DNA from: a virus
DNA length: 35,477 nucleotides
Direction: 5' to 3' (one strand)
IMG/VR virus record: IMGVR_UViG_3300030399_000053
Below are positions 15,974 through 25,306 of this stretch, one piece after another. The notes beneath the pieces were generated by a model. That model saw nothing but the letters and a program-made list of their open reading frames with translations. It searched no databases and had not been told where the DNA came from. Numbering within the stretch: position 1 is the first letter of the stretch; the number at the start of each line of letters is the position of its first letter. The position numbers and the translations under genes are program-made.

Positions 15974-17593
15974 ATGTCAATCTCTTATGTGTTAGGTGCC
16001 GAGCCAATATGGTACATTGTAAATAATAATGGGACACCGTCTGGTGGCGCGACACTTACAAGTTATGATGCGCTGACTGGAAACGCTAAACCTATCTATA
16101 TGAATGCTGAAGGCGCCGCGTGGGATAACCCGATTGATTTTGATCTGAATGGTACGAGTGGACCGTTTTATTTTGCGGTTGATAGTGCAAATCCAAACGA
16201 TGGGTATTTCCTTGTTGTTAAAGATGCGCAAGGTAATCCACTTTGGAGTGTAAATAACTATCTTCCAGCTGGAGGCGGAGGGGGCGGTGGTGGTGGCACA
16301 GATTATAGCCAAATTCTAAACTATATCACTAATGGGCCAATGATTAATCATATAGGTAATACGCAGATAACGCCGGCTGTGAGTCTTCCCATTAGTTTAG
16401 TAGTGGCTCCATCAAATCACAAAGGTTTTACTCCTTATACATCAGTCCCTATTATCGGAACTTATGGTGCATTAGGTCCAGATATAATGTTCTTAAAAGG
16501 CTCTACCGTCAATCAAGATAATATACAATTTATGTTATTTGCTTTCTCTAGCTCGCCTATGGCAGCTGGAAGTTCTACTGATATAACCCCGGTAGATTTT
16601 TTACAATACCAATGCACAAGTTCTAACACTGGGGATGTCTATAAATGCTTCCAGTTTCCGATAACCCAAAAGGTTAAGAATTTATCTAATCAGAAAATGA
16701 CTTTTAAAGTCTGGGCGATGGTGTCAACAGGCACACAAACTTTACCGGTTTATTTGAGGCAATATTATGGCTCTGGAACCGCTGCCACACCAGAATCAAC
16801 GTCTACTCTTACATTAATAGGTAATTGTGCGGTAACAACAACATGGACAGCATTTTATCTAAACTTTACTGTTCCAAGTGTTGGCCTAAATTCAATCGGT
16901 ACGCTAGGCTCCCAAACAGATGATGATGCTATATATGTTCAATTAGGAATGCCTTTAGATACAGCTGTTATAATCTCTTTTACTAAGCCTGCATTGTATC
17001 TTGGAACTATTCAACCACCTCAAGATTTTAATACTTATGACCAGATAGATTCCGTTAACTCTACCGCTAGGACAGGAGATGTTAAGACAAGTTATCTATC
17101 GACGGCTCCTCTTGGTTGGATAGCGATGAATGACGGCTCTATTGGTAATACCGGTTCGGCTGCAACAATTCCAGCTGCAAAGGGTGCGCATGCTTTTGCT
17201 TTGTTTAAAACTATTTGGGATGGTGTATCGAATAATACTTATGCTCCAGTATCTGGGGGGAGAGGCTCTACAGCTTTAGCTGATTTCTTGGCGAATAAGA
17301 CTTTAACATTGCCACGTGCTTTAGGACGGGCTTTGGCTGGAGCTGGTTCAGGTTCAGGGCTTACGCCAACAACTTTAGGTGAATGGCAGGGCCAAGAAAC
17401 TGTCCTTCTGACGGGAGTAAATCTTCCATCTGGTACCCCGTTTAATAGTACAGGCTCTGGGACGGCTCTAATCACTCCTGACGGCACTTATAATGTGCCA
17501 GCTAGTACTAGCAATGCATATTCACAAGGTGGCAATACTGCATTTTTTATTATTCAACCAACAACTTATTTTAATGTATTTATCAAACTATAG
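15974..17593 (+). CDS. Tail fibre protein with phage tail-collar domain
   Basis: AAGGGTGA RBS. Contains a G8 linker. The C-terminal GDVKTSYLSTAPLGWIAMNDGS...TLTLPRALGRAL...GEWQGQETVLLT fits the tail-collar (PF07484-like) pattern. Confidence 0.75.
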   Translation: MSISYVLGAEPIWYIVNNNGTPSGGATLTSYDALTGNAKPIYMNAEGAAWDNPIDFDLNGTSGPFYFAVDSANPNDGYFLVVKDAQGNPLWSVNNYLPAGGGGGGGGGTDYSQILNYITNGPMINHIGNTQITPAVSLPISLVVAPSNHKGFTPYTSVPIIGTYGALGPDIMFLKGSTVNQDNIQFMLFAFSSSPMAAGSSTDITPVDFLQYQCTSSNTGDVYKCFQFPITQKVKNLSNQKMTFKVWAMVSTGTQTLPVYLRQYYGSGTAATPESTSTLTLIGNCAVTTTWTAFYLNFTVPSVGLNSIGTLGSQTDDDAIYVQLGMPLDTAVIISFTKPALYLGTIQPPQDFNTYDQIDSVNSTARTGDVKTSYLSTAPLGWIAMNDGSIGNTGSAATIPAAKGAHAFALFKTIWDGVSNNTYAPVSGGRGSTALADFLANKTLTLPRALGRALAGAGSGSGLTPTTLGEWQGQETVLLTGVNLPSGTPFNSTGSGTALITPDGTYNVPASTSNAYSQGGNTAFFIIQPTTYFNVFIKL

Positions 17594-17604
17594 GAGCCAA
17601 ACAA

Positions 17605-17907
17605 ATGGCAGTTCAATTAGTAGTTCTACCCCCTTTAGACCCGAATATTTTTACAGGACCTACTAGGGTAATGGCTGGTGTTGGCCGTACTGGCACATCA
17701 ACGCTAGATACTTACTATGGTCCAAATGGATCGGTAGAGTTTGCCCGCTGGTTGTATGTGGGCGTTACGGGAAATGTTAGTTATACTAAATGGGACGGAA
17801 CTGAACAGGTGCTTATAGGCATTGCAGCAGGTGTGTGGCATCCTATATACTCTATCAGGGTTAATTCAGATTCGACTACAGCTACTGATGTGGTATGGGG
17901 AAGCTAA
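17605..17907 (+). CDS. Hypothetical small tail-module protein
   Basis: AGGAG RBS. 100 aa, beta-rich composition. Confidence 0.55.
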   Translation: MAVQLVVLPPLDPNIFTGPTRVMAGVGRTGTSTLDTYYGPNGSVEFARWLYVGVTGNVSYTKWDGTEQVLIGIAAGVWHPIYSIRVNSDSTTATDVVWGS

Positions 17908-17957
17908 CAAGTTAGCCAATGTAATTGTAATAATTTTAATATTAATAAGGAAATAAA

Positions 17958-19223
17958 ATGACAACTTCAAATTCAGAATATGTATTCTCTCCGTGGTTAA
18001 CGCCTGTACGTTTAGTGCAAACCTCTAACTTAGCCGGTACATACTATAACGGTCCGAATAACAACGGTGTTGGAGCAACATTTACTGTTGCCGCTTCATC
18101 ATTAACTGTGGATAGTGTTGTTGCTGCGGTGGGTGATCGCATACTATTTATAGACCAAACATCAGGGTTTCAAAACGGTATTTATGTTGTCGAAAGTATA
18201 GGTTCAACTGTTGTGTTACAACGCGCTTTTGATCAACAAAACTTAGAGCAAATCCAAACAGGGCAATATGTATCAGTTAAAGGCGGCTCTGTAAATGGAG
18301 GCAGTATCTTTACAGTTATTGAGCCACGTCCGCAACAGTTAGGTGTTAGTAATATTGTTTATAGTAGCGAGCCTGCTTCAGGAGCTTCTGTAACATTTTC
18401 TGGCGGTCCGTCAGTGGCAAATGCTTTAGCCGTATTCTCCAATACAGCAGGGGATGTAAAGCCACAAACTACAACTTCTACATTAGCTTATGGATTAACA
18501 GCAGCTACTGGAAATATACAAGCAACAACAGGAAATCTTGTTGCCGGTTCTTCAGGTAATTCCGGAACGGTTGGATCTTTTCCAGCAACATCTGCAGAGG
18601 GCGAACTATTACTTGCCGCTGTAAATAATGCTGCAGGTAACTTCAATACAACTATAAGTAATGCTGCTTCTGTTGCACAATCTCAAGTTGTATCTATTCC
18701 TGATTCTGGCTCTGCTACTGCACAATTTTTAGTAAAGGCTGCTCCATTAGTCAGTGGTAATTATGTAGTGGCTTCAGGAACTGGTGGCCTTGTCGTTGAT
18801 TCTGGCGTCCCTGCTGGCGGATATGCTCAAGTTGCTTTAACTGCCGCGCAGTTTAATGGAATGTATGCGACGCCAGTTTTATTAGTAGCTGCTCCAGGTG
18901 CTAATTTAATGATCGTTGTTGATAATATTGCTTTAGTTATGACTTATGGCTCCGCAGCATTTGCAGCTGGCGGCGTCGTGGCAGCTCAATATGATTCTAC
19001 AGCAAATGGTGCTGGCGTCTTAGCGTCTACAACTGAAGCGGCAGCAGATTATTTCGCAACTGCTAGCACGGTATTTAAATTAAATCCTGGTGCTGTATTA
19101 GCACCATTTACTACATGTGCGAATAAAGGCTTATATCTAAGTAACGTCACGCAGGCATTTACTACCGGAAACTCTACGTTTATCGTAAAAGTTAAGTTTC
19201 ATTTAATAAGCACTAACTCATAA
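17958..19223 (+). CDS. Tail fibre / receptor-binding protein
   Basis: The N-terminal GDRILFIDQTSGFQNGIYVV...QRAFD motif is common in phage fibres. A central segment is paralogous to ORF 22860 (NAAGNFNTTISNAASVAQSQVVSIPDSG vs NSAGDFSTTVSNNSTVGQNQVIYIPDAG). Confidence 0.65.
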   Translation: MTTSNSEYVFSPWLTPVRLVQTSNLAGTYYNGPNNNGVGATFTVAASSLTVDSVVAAVGDRILFIDQTSGFQNGIYVVESIGSTVVLQRAFDQQNLEQIQTGQYVSVKGGSVNGGSIFTVIEPRPQQLGVSNIVYSSEPASGASVTFSGGPSVANALAVFSNTAGDVKPQTTTSTLAYGLTAATGNIQATTGNLVAGSSGNSGTVGSFPATSAEGELLLAAVNNAAGNFNTTISNAASVAQSQVVSIPDSGSATAQFLVKAAPLVSGNYVVASGTGGLVVDSGVPAGGYAQVALTAAQFNGMYATPVLLVAAPGANLMIVVDNIALVMTYGSAAFAAGGVVAAQYDSTANGAGVLASTTEAAADYFATASTVFKLNPGAVLAPFTTCANKGLYLSNVTQAFTTGNSTFIVKVKFHLISTNS

Positions 19224-19363
19224 TGCAAGGTGCTTACGGCGGATTGATAATGATATTATTCTACGGGGGCGGCGGTTACGCTCCCGAAGAATTTTATTTA
19301 ATAGCTCATACGAATTTTGATATCTTAACGCAAAATTCAGATAGGATTTTCATTCATAGATAA
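19223..19363 (+). CDS. Small ORF (46 aa) between fibre genes
   Basis: TAATG overlap with the preceding stop. It ends 10 nt before the next gene. No homology is recognised. Confidence 0.3.
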   Translation: MQGAYGGLIMILFYGGGGYAPEEFYLIAHTNFDILTQNSDRIFIHR

Positions 19364-19372
19364 GGATAAGTC

Positions 19373-21247
19373 ATGGCTGGCACGTTCATAGATGCTTTAC
19401 CCGCAGTTAGTGCAGCACAGTTAACTGATGTTTTTCCAGTTGACCAATTGCCAGGACCAATTACCTATCAAGAATCAAACGCTCAGCTTTTGGCTTTATT
19501 TGAAGCAAATATTACAATTACAGATTCTAATTTTACCGGTACATTAAGTCCAACACATGGCGGGACGGGAATAAATAACGGCTCAAGTACATTGACACTT
19601 GGCGGTAATTTAACTACATCGGGTGCCTTTAATTCAGTTTTTACCATGACAGCAGCAACCAATGTAACTTTTCCTACTAGCGGAACTTTGGCTACAACTA
19701 GTTCCATCCCGTCGTTACCTTTATCGTTAGCGAATGGTGGCACCGGAGCAGGTTTAACAGCTAGTGCCGGCTCTATTGTTTACTCAGGGGCAAGTGCTCT
19801 TGCTCTAACAGCGGCTGGAACATCAGGACAATTATTAAGTTCCGCAGGAACTGGGACACCATCCTGGACTACTGCTACATATCCATCTACTACTACTATT
19901 AATCAAGTTCTATATAGTTCTTCTAGTAACGTTGTAGGCGGCATCACAGCGGCTGATAACGGTGTCATGATTAGTGGTACTACGGGAATACCTTCCTGGC
20001 TCGCTAATTCAGGAACGCCCGGATATGTTCTAACTGCTAATAGCTCAGCTCCTGCGAGCTGGCAAGCAATTTCGGCTAGCGGTGCTATAACTACTATCGA
20101 CGGTGATTCAGGAAGTGTTACACCATCAAGTGGAACGATAACCATTTCAGGGGGCACGACAGGCTTAACAACTAGCGGTACTTCCGCTACATTGAATTTA
20201 ACAGGTACTCTTAATCTAGCTGGCGGAGGAACTAATCACGCTCTTACGGCAAGTGCAGGTGGCATAGTATGGAGTGATGCTAGTAAATTAAATATTCTAG
20301 CTGGCACTTCAGTTGCTGGACAATTATTATTATCCGGCAATGCAGCAACTCCAAACTGGAGCACATCCACATATCCCAGCACTAATGCTGCAAATACATT
20401 GCTCTATGCTAGTTCGGCCAATACAATGGCAGCATTAGCAACTGCAACCACGGCGGTTTTAACAACATCAAGCAGCGTTCCTACCTGGGCAGCTACACTG
20501 TCATTGGCATTAGGTGGTACAGGTGCCTCTTTGACTGGTAGTGCTGGAGGAATATTTTACATTAATGTTGGTAGCGTTGGTGCTATATTGGCTGGCACCG
20601 GTACAGCAAATAAGGCTTTGTTATCAGGTAGCAATGCAGCTCCGTCATGGAGTGCATATGCTTTTCCATCTACTTTGATGTCTAGTGGATTGATGTATGC
20701 CAACTCTAGCACATCTCTTACTACTCTTAGTCCAACAACCGATGCAGTACTGACATCCGACGGATCAGGAAACCCAAGCTGGAAAGCCGTTACAGATGGT
20801 CAAGTTATTATAGGTTCAAGTATTGGGATCCCAGCGGCAGCTACCATCACTGCTAGTACAGGAATTACTATAACTAATGGTCATAATACGATTACCATCG
20901 CGACGAACGGTGCTGACCACTGGGTAGATCAATCTAGTTCTCCTGTTACAATGACTACAAATACCGGTTACACATCAGATGATGCATCTTCATTAGTAAC
21001 ATTTACTTTACCGACAACATCAGCTATCGGTGATTTCGTTGAAATTGTAGGCAAAGGTAGTGGCTTATGGAAAATAGCTCAGGCGGCCGGTCAGCAAATA
21101 CAAATAAGTCCTAATTCTACTACATCAGGCGCGACAGGTTATTTAGCGTCAGTGAATCAATACGATGCAGTAAAATTAAGATGTGATACAGCAAATACAA
21201 TATGGTCAGTGGTATCACAGCAATCAACAGGATTAACAGTTAATTAA
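19373..21247 (+). CDS. Tail fibre with about 100-aa tandem modules (GGTG ... GQxLxS ... PxW ... YPST)
   Basis: AAGGATAAG RBS. The N-terminal anchor ALPAVSAAQLTDVFPVDQ..ITYQES..QLLAL is shared with ORF 22860. It contains repeated GGTGxxLTxSAGxIxY...GQLLxS...PxWxTxTYPST modules. Confidence 0.7.
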   Translation: MAGTFIDALPAVSAAQLTDVFPVDQLPGPITYQESNAQLLALFEANITITDSNFTGTLSPTHGGTGINNGSSTLTLGGNLTTSGAFNSVFTMTAATNVTFPTSGTLATTSSIPSLPLSLANGGTGAGLTASAGSIVYSGASALALTAAGTSGQLLSSAGTGTPSWTTATYPSTTTINQVLYSSSSNVVGGITAADNGVMISGTTGIPSWLANSGTPGYVLTANSSAPASWQAISASGAITTIDGDSGSVTPSSGTITISGGTTGLTTSGTSATLNLTGTLNLAGGGTNHALTASAGGIVWSDASKLNILAGTSVAGQLLLSGNAATPNWSTSTYPSTNAANTLLYASSANTMAALATATTAVLTTSSSVPTWAATLSLALGGTGASLTGSAGGIFYINVGSVGAILAGTGTANKALLSGSNAAPSWSAYAFPSTLMSSGLMYANSSTSLTTLSPTTDAVLTSDGSGNPSWKAVTDGQVIIGSSIGIPAAATITASTGITITNGHNTITIATNGADHWVDQSSSPVTMTTNTGYTSDDASSLVTFTLPTTSAIGDFVEIVGKGSGLWKIAQAAGQQIQISPNSTTSGATGYLASVNQYDAVKLRCDTANTIWSVVSQQSTGLTVN

Positions 21248-21261
21248 CAAATGGAGTTAGC

Positions 21262-22221
21262 ATGGCAACCACTAATGCAGTCGGGAACGGTCTTTCAGGT
21301 GCTACAGGAACAGGATTATTTGTGGGACAAACTTCACCGAGTCTAATCACTCCAGCTTTAGGCACGCCAGCATCAGGTACATTAACTAATTGTACTGGAT
21401 TACCAGTGGTAGGAGGAGGCACAGGGGATAGCGCTTTCCCTGCTTACACTTTAGTATGCGGCGGAACAACAACAACAGGAGCATTGCAAAATGTTGCGTC
21501 TGTTGGTACGACCGGACAAGTCTTAACTTCTAACGGAGCAAGTGCCTTACCTTCATTTCAAACTAACCCGGCTGGAATTACAGCTTTAATTAATGTGCAG
21601 GTTTTCACTACAGGCACAGCAGCAACATCTACCACTACGGCTGGAACAACTGCCATTTTAGTAGAACTTGTAGGCGGCGGAGGCGGAGGCGGAGGTGCTG
21701 CTGGGGGTTCAGCAACCATTGCAATCGGAGGAGGGGGCGGCGCAGGCGGCTATGCAAGATTATATATCTCAACTCCTTCAGCCACTTATACCTATACTGT
21801 TGGAGGAGGTGGCGCAGGAGGAGTTGCAGGAAATAACGCCGGGACGACAGGAAGTACTACCACTTTTAGTGGATCTACTTTGCAAGCAACAGGTGGGGTA
21901 GGGGGTAGTGGAGGAGCTGCGACTGCCCAAGCTCTTTCTATCGCTGCAGGCGGCGGAGCTGGAGGAGTCGGTTCTAATGGAACTATGAATCTAGCTGGAC
22001 AGCCTGGAGGTGTAGGATTCTTCAGCAATGGCAATGCATATTCAGGCTCCGGCGGATCTTCTTATTTCGGAGGGGGGGCCATTGCTCTTGTGACTACTAA
22101 TGCCGGTGTTGCGGGCGGTAACTATGGCGGTGGAGGCTCTGGAGGTTTAACAGGCTCGGCCACTGGCAAAGCAGGAGGTGCCGGCTCAGGCGGCGTTATA
22201 TTTATATGGGAATTCTCATAA
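21262..22221 (+). CDS. Glycine-rich fibre-associated protein
   Basis: TGGAG RBS. The N-terminal fibre-like TGQVLTSNGASALPSFQ repeat is followed by long GGxGG runs around YARLYISTPSATYTYTVGGGG. Confidence 0.6.
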   Translation: MATTNAVGNGLSGATGTGLFVGQTSPSLITPALGTPASGTLTNCTGLPVVGGGTGDSAFPAYTLVCGGTTTTGALQNVASVGTTGQVLTSNGASALPSFQTNPAGITALINVQVFTTGTAATSTTTAGTTAILVELVGGGGGGGGAAGGSATIAIGGGGGAGGYARLYISTPSATYTYTVGGGGAGGVAGNNAGTTGSTTTFSGSTLQATGGVGGSGGAATAQALSIAAGGGAGGVGSNGTMNLAGQPGGVGFFSNGNAYSGSGGSSYFGGGAIALVTTNAGVAGGNYGGGGSGGLTGSATGKAGGAGSGGVIFIWEFS

Positions 22222-22222
22222 A

Positions 22223-22708
22223 ATGTTTATTATAGATAATCTGCAGCCAATACATGATTCAATATTCTACTCTCAAGATATAATAGAAAAAGTGGAATAT
22301 ATTCCTTTAGATACATGGGTTCCCTATCGAGAATATGTTTTATATTCTACAAAAGTAGAAAATTTACAAGAGAATGATTTATTGTCTATTACAACTGAAT
22401 TTGAAGTGACTAATAATACTGGGATTAATCTTATGATTGCTTCAAGCGTTAAACTATGTGATTCTGCGACCTCAGTTAAAGGCAATATATTAATATCAGC
22501 TAATGGATTTAATGTTAGTCCTTCGATGCATCACGGAGTGATGACACATGCTAGACAAATAAAACTTAATAAAGATTACGGAGATAAATATGTAAATGTC
22601 ATAATTGTTGCTGCGAGTACTGACGCAAAACCTATTCATAGATTAAAAATAGAAAAGGAATATGGACATTTAGATATTATGGTTTTCAAGAACAAGAACC
22701 AGGACTAA
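22223..22708 (+). CDS. Hypothetical protein in an AT-rich islet
   Basis: ATG 22223 follows the stop of the previous gene by 1 nt. The ORF-track start at 22178 would overlap that gene by 44 nt. Confidence 0.5.
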   Translation: MFIIDNLQPIHDSIFYSQDIIEKVEYIPLDTWVPYREYVLYSTKVENLQENDLLSITTEFEVTNNTGINLMIASSVKLCDSATSVKGNILISANGFNVSPSMHHGVMTHARQIKLNKDYGDKYVNVIIVAASTDAKPIHRLKIEKEYGHLDIMVFKNKNQD

Positions 22709-22710
22709 AA

Positions 22711-22836
22711 ATGAACACAGATGAGCTGATAAAAGATATTAAAGAATTAATTTTAGTTTTAGAATTATTTTTAGAAAAAATAAATACTCATGAGCTAAGC
22801 GAATCTGATATAGACTATATAGGATGTGGCCGCTAA
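22711..22836 (+). CDS. Small ORF (41 aa)
   Basis: The ATG lies 2 nt after the previous stop. Helical, Leu/Glu-rich. Confidence 0.3.
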   Translation: MNTDELIKDIKELILVLELFLEKINTHELSESDIDYIGCGR

Positions 22837-22859
22837 AAAATTAATAAGGAAATTAAACC

Positions 22860-23882
22860 ATGTCAACTCCAGGCGTAAAAATCAGCGCATTACCAGAGAT
22901 TGTAGCTCCAGCACTTACTGATGTTTTCCCAGTAGTACAAGGAGGCGTCACATATAAAGAAACGTGTACACAATTAGCGGCTTTAATAGCCACAGCTACT
23001 GGCTTCGTATCGTATACGCCTCCTATCGTGGCAGGGCAGATAGCTGTTTTCACGAATACGACTGGGAATTTATCATCAGGAACCGGCACAATTGTAAATC
23101 CAGGAGGCAGTATTCAAGCTGGACTATCCGGAACATCCGGCTGTTTTATTGCATACCCAAGCGTAGCGGCAAGTGGAACGTTAAGTTTATGTGCAGTTAC
23201 AAATAGTGCCGGAGACTTTTCTACTACTGTTAGCAATAATAGCACTGTAGGACAAAATCAGGTTATTTATATCCCTGATGCCGGAGCCGGCACAGCTAAT
23301 TTTGTTATAAATTCCTCCCTTACTGGACAACTTGTAACTACAACAAGTGCCTCAGCAACACCTACAATAAATTCTTTAGCTACTCTTTTAACATTATCAG
23401 CTACTACATTGACAGGCGCCCAGGGTTACGGTATCGTTGGGCATGTAAATATGGTTGGAGCGTCTGCTGGAGGCTATGCAGGAGTTGACGGTACTTTAGT
23501 TGCTACCGGGATCTTATCTGGATCGACTCAGGCAACAGGCGTATACGGCAATATAACTTTAACCGGTGGCACTATTAACGGGGCTCTTGTATCTCCTGTT
23601 TTATCTGCTTATCTTGGTACATCTCCGACTACTACTGATGTGTCTAAAACATCCGGATTTGCCCATGTTAACGGTACTACTATGGTTCTTAATTCAGTTA
23701 TTTCAGCCGTAACGGATGCAACATATTTAATGAATTTACAAAATGTAAGCACATATTTTGCTACTGCCGGGGTTAGCTCAGGGAGTTGGGGAAATGGTAC
23801 ACCACCAACCCCTAGCAAGGTCTTAGCAATCAGGGTAGGCTCTACTACGTATTATTTGCCACTCGTGGCACAAAACACTTAA
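22860..23882 (+). CDS. Tail fibre / receptor-binding protein paralogue
   Basis: AAGGAA RBS. It shares the N-terminal anchor with ORF 19373 and a central segment with ORF 17958. Confidence 0.65.
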   Translation: MSTPGVKISALPEIVAPALTDVFPVVQGGVTYKETCTQLAALIATATGFVSYTPPIVAGQIAVFTNTTGNLSSGTGTIVNPGGSIQAGLSGTSGCFIAYPSVAASGTLSLCAVTNSAGDFSTTVSNNSTVGQNQVIYIPDAGAGTANFVINSSLTGQLVTTTSASATPTINSLATLLTLSATTLTGAQGYGIVGHVNMVGASAGGYAGVDGTLVATGILSGSTQATGVYGNITLTGGTINGALVSPVLSAYLGTSPTTTDVSKTSGFAHVNGTTMVLNSVISAVTDATYLMNLQNVSTYFATAGVSSGSWGNGTPPTPSKVLAIRVGSTTYYLPLVAQNT

Positions 23883-23897
23883 TAATTGGAAGTATTC

Positions 23898-24065
23898 ATG
23901 ACAACGATAGAATTACAAGACAGAATTAACAAATTAGCAAAAGAATTAGAACAAGCCTTTGCAGTTTACAATAAATTACTCGGACATCTCAGCGAAGCAA
24001 AATTTATGCTTGAAGAAGAATTGAAAGATGAGCAACGGCTCAATGATGCTCTGAAATCTGTTTAA
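23898..24065 (+). CDS. Small coiled-coil protein (55 aa)
   Basis: Last + strand ORF of the late block. It overlaps the convergent gene by 4 nt. Confidence 0.35.
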   Translation: MTTIELQDRINKLAKELEQAFAVYNKLLGHLSEAKFMLEEELKDEQRLNDALKSV

Positions 24066-24253
24066 AGCTCTTCGAAGATAAACAAGCATCTTCCCCGTGC
24101 ATCATTATCTACGACGCCTATAAGCTTATGGGTCATGTGTCTTTTTTCGCATTTCTGGTCTGGAATGCTTAGATACATGGTTCCATAAACTCGTAGAACT
24201 GGTGCGTTATCGTCAAAGTTCTTTAGCTCTTCCTTGAGTTCTCTCACATTCAT
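24062..24253 (-). CDS. Hypothetical protein
   Basis: TAGGAT RBS. Last gene of the leftward recombination operon. Confidence 0.5.
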   Translation of the reverse strand: MNVRELKEELKNFDDNAPVLRVYGTMYLSIPDQKCEKRHMTHKLIGVVDNDARGRCLFIFEEL

Positions 24254-24256
24254 ATT

Positions 24257-25099
24257 TTATCCTATTAATTGCGCTACAAAATCATCAACTTGTTCAGATG
24301 CTAATTTCTCAACGTGAGTAACGTTAAAGTTTTTCAAGACTTCATCACGTCTTTGATTACTTATATTATTCTCTATGAGAAATTCTTTTACTACTGTTAA
24401 TTCATCAATAGTCATTGCTGTGAGAACTGGCGTGTCGTCTTCTCTAGTTTCTGATAATGGCTCTTCTACAGCAGCCTTGTTTTTCTCTACTAAAGCCTTT
24501 AAATCTTCTTTAATACCATTATTTTTATCTTTCGGCGTGATATCTTTTAGATCGTAATCCTGGACTTCTTCAGCCATCCGTACGCCTCCTAATGCATCAG
24601 CAAAACTATCTCTTAAAGCAAAGCCGCGTGCGCGCATTTGCAACATCCGAGACGGATAAGAAGTCCACGGCCCTGCTTTACCCCATAGATTAGCAGTTAC
24701 CGCATCCTGAATAGTAAATAAATTAGACACTTCAGTTCTACCTCGTCGTTTTACTATACATTCATAGCCTATAGTTTTTTTATCTTGGTCTAAAATCTTA
24801 TGTTCTTTGATATCTTCAAAATCCGGATGACCAGAACATACAGCTAGCATTCCATCACCGTATAATGCCGGTTTACCATTAATAACGGCTATATTTTGTA
24901 CTGCAGCGAGCGGAGACAGGCGCAGACTTCTACCCATTTCCATGGCTATCAAAACATCCTGCGGCTTATTCGCGTAGGCTTTAGGAACCATCGCAGACTT
25001 AGAAATCATATTAGCCATTCTAAAAGCATGCTCAAAATTCTTCGGTGATAAAAATGAATTATCGTTATCGTGTGTAGTTATAGTTATTTCATTACTCAT
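24257..25099 (-). CDS. RecT / Red-beta family single-strand annealing protein
   Basis: AAAGGT RBS. GKAGPWTSYPSRMLQMRARGFALRDSF parallels lambda Bet GPWQSHPKRMLRHKAMIQCARLAF. The gene lies next to an exonuclease gene. Confidence 0.8.
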   Translation of the reverse strand: MSNEITITTHDNDNSFLSPKNFEHAFRMANMISKSAMVPKAYANKPQDVLIAMEMGRSLRLSPLAAVQNIAVINGKPALYGDGMLAVCSGHPDFEDIKEHKILDQDKKTIGYECIVKRRGRTEVSNLFTIQDAVTANLWGKAGPWTSYPSRMLQMRARGFALRDSFADALGGVRMAEEVQDYDLKDITPKDKNNGIKEDLKALVEKNKAAVEEPLSETREDDTPVLTAMTIDELTVVKEFLIENNISNQRRDEVLKNFNVTHVEKLASEQVDDFVAQLIG

Positions 25100-25100
25100 T

Positions 25101-25304
25101 TTATTTACCTTTATTTTTAGTTATTAATTTCATTAATTTATATGCAGATTTTATTTTTATACGTTTAGCCTTTCTTTCAGTCATATCCGCATCTTTAAGA
25201 ATATCTTTGATAATGCGCATTATAATATGTTTATAATCTTCTACTAAAGTATTGATAAGATTCTGTATTTGTTCTGCATTATAAGGTCTATCTAGATCAA
25301 TCAT
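25101..25304 (-). CDS. Hypothetical small protein
   Basis: GAGGA RBS. Tightly packed between the exonuclease and SSAP genes. Confidence 0.5.
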   Translation of the reverse strand: MIDLDRPYNAEQIQNLINTLVEDYKHIIMRIIKDILKDADMTERKAKRIKIKSAYKLMKLITKNKGK

Positions 25305-25306
25305 AA

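Noticed and set aside
15992-23818. Numerous minus-strand ORFs of 68 to 110 codons opposite the nozzle, fibre and glycine-rich genes (for example 10017..10349, 15992..16312, 17239..17487, 19483..19743, 19903..20157, 21240..21422, 21792..22034, 22853..23089, 23609..23818)
   Set aside because: They are antisense shadows of Gly/Ala/Thr/Pro-rich coding sequence. They have no RBSs, Pro/Val-rich nonsense composition, and they are fully nested in strongly supported + strand genes.
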